The notes beneath the pieces are model-generated. The model had not been told where the DNA came from and did not search any database. It worked only from the letters and a program-made list of their open reading frames with translations. A program made the translations under genes and the position numbers. Below, piece after piece: positions 24,225-25,743 of a stretch of DNA of 25,743 nucleotides (its first letter is position 1; the number at the start of each line of letters is the position of its first letter). This stretch comes from Gemmatimonadota bacterium (GTDB taxonomy: Bacteria > Gemmatimonadota > Gemmatimonadetes > Palauibacterales > Palauibacteraceae), in NCBI GenBank assembly GCA_039588275.1, contig JBDHAC010000051.1:1-25743 (forward strand). The letters are read 5' to 3'.

Positions 24225-25743
24225 ATGCGCACGCTCCGTTGTCCCGTGATCGCATCCGTCCTCCGCTCGCTGTCGGCGCCCGCCTGGGTGGCGCTCATCG
24301 CCGCATCGGTGGCCTTGGGTCGCGCCCCTGTGGCCGGCCAGGATCTGCCTGACATGCCTTCGTTCCAGGAGGTGTTGTCGCTCCAGGTCGTGGGTGGGGT
24401 GGCGATCTCTCCGGATGGTGCCCGCGTCGCTTACACGGTGCGCTCCTCCGACTGGGAGGCGAACCGCGTCGACACCGAGATCTGGCTGGCGGCCGAGGGA
24501 GAGCCTTTCCAGCTCACGCGCACGGCGGACGGGAGCTCGAGCTCGCCACAATGGTCACCGGATGGCCGGTGGCTCTCCTTTCTCGCCGATCGGGGTGAGC
24601 AGAACCAGGTCCACCTCATCGATCCGCGGGGAGGCGAAGCCTGGGCGGTCACCGAGGTAGAGGAGGGCGTGACCTCGTACCGGTGGGCTCCCACAGGCGA
24701 CCGGATACTCCTCCGGGTACGTGAGCCCGAGACCGACGAGGACAAGGCTCGCTCGGAGCAATACGGGACGTACGCGGTCGAAGATGAGGAGTATCGGAAC
24801 TCGCACCTGTGGGTGCTGGAGATCGACCAGCGGGGAGAGACCACCGAACCGGAGCGCTTGACTGAAGGGGACTTCCACGTCGCGGACGCGGAGTGGTCAC
24901 CCGACGCGAGACACGTCGCGTACGTACGTCAGCCGAACGCGAACCTCCTCTCGTTCATGGAGACGGACATCTACATCCTCGATATGGAGTCGAAAGAGAG
25001 CCGCGACCTCGTGACCGGGCCGGGTCCGGACAGCGGCCCCGAGTGGTCCCCCGATGGCGGGTGGATCCTGTTCTCCGAATTCGACAAGGACCTCGGGTCG
25101 CTCTACTACCTGAACGGCGAGTTCGCGAGAATCCCGGCCGCCGGCGGCGAGATCGAGATCCTGACGGGATCGTTCGACGAAGATCCGTTCGGCGCGACGT
25201 GGACCGACGCCGGGATCCGCTTCATGGCGAACGACCGAACCGAGCGGAAGGTCTACACGCTGGATCCAGACACGAGAGCGATCGCGGCGTTGCCGCTCCC
25301 GACGCCGATCGTCGGAAGCTGGGATTTCACCCCGATGGGAAGGCGTTGGCGTTCACCGGGCAGAGCGCCGAGAGCGTGTCCGAGGTGTTCCGGGCCTGGG
25401 GGAGCATGGTGATGGGTCCCGGGGCCGGAGCCTCGGGACGACCGGAGCATGTGAAGCTCACGGACATGGCCTCGCAAACGGTCGACTGGCCGCTCGGAAC
25501 TCGCGAGGTCATCACGTGGACGAGCGAGGACGGCGCGCAGATCGAGGGCGTGCTGTCCAAGCCGGCGGACTACGACCCCGACAGGCGGTATCCGCTCCTC
25601 GTCCAGATCCACGGCGGGCCATCCAGCACGTCACGGCCCACCGCGGTGGCGACGTACGTATACCCGCTCACGCATTGGCTGGCTAAGGGAGCGGTCGTGC
25701 TCCAACCCAACTACCGCGGCTCCGCGGGTTATGGCGAGGCCTT
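24225..25743 (+). CDS. S9 family peptidase (beta-propeller + hydrolase), frameshifted near 25330-25333 and cut by the window end
   Basis: Repeated WSPDG blades. After a -1 shift the frame continues DGKALAF...YPLLVQIHGGP...VLQPNYRGSAGYGE. Confidence 0.88.

Noticed and set aside
1..25743. Integron integrase or transposase gene
   Set aside because: No listed ORF shows tyrosine-recombinase (R...HxxR...Y), serine-recombinase or DDE motifs that I can recognise.

Overview
High-GC bacterial DNA. The gene content (duplicated orphan ABC permease, carboxypeptidase-regulatory-domain and lipoprotein genes, many peptidases) suggests Gemmatimonadota/Acidobacteriota, but that is inference. The main signal is a family of nine structured repeats: eight of 85-99 bp plus one degraded copy. 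They form two clusters (21-2153 and 7929-~10223) and separate single small co-oriented genes. Each runs from a TAAC box to a GTTA box like an integron attC site. The 12-18 nt before each repeat's AAC are complementary to the start of the same cassette (the flank of the PREVIOUS GTT box), not to that repeat's own right flank, which is the footprint expected of excisable gene cassettes. The site geometry is not canonical attC: the L stem is perfectly paired with no extrahelical base, the spacers are 5/8 nt, the top is Y-shaped with two hairpins, and a C.A mismatch sits at arm position 11 in all eight cassettes. No integrase is in the window; a candidate attI-like entry site lies at 7583-7627. 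Cassette cargo: hicB-hicA, a SnoaL-like protein, lipoproteins and hypotheticals. The rest holds an S1 protease, an M16 peptidase pair, a PadR-ABC operon, a thioesterase, beta-barrel and lipoprotein genes, ICMT-like and CPBP genes, an ADOP-type permease, an M24 peptidase and a frameshifted S9 peptidase running off the end.
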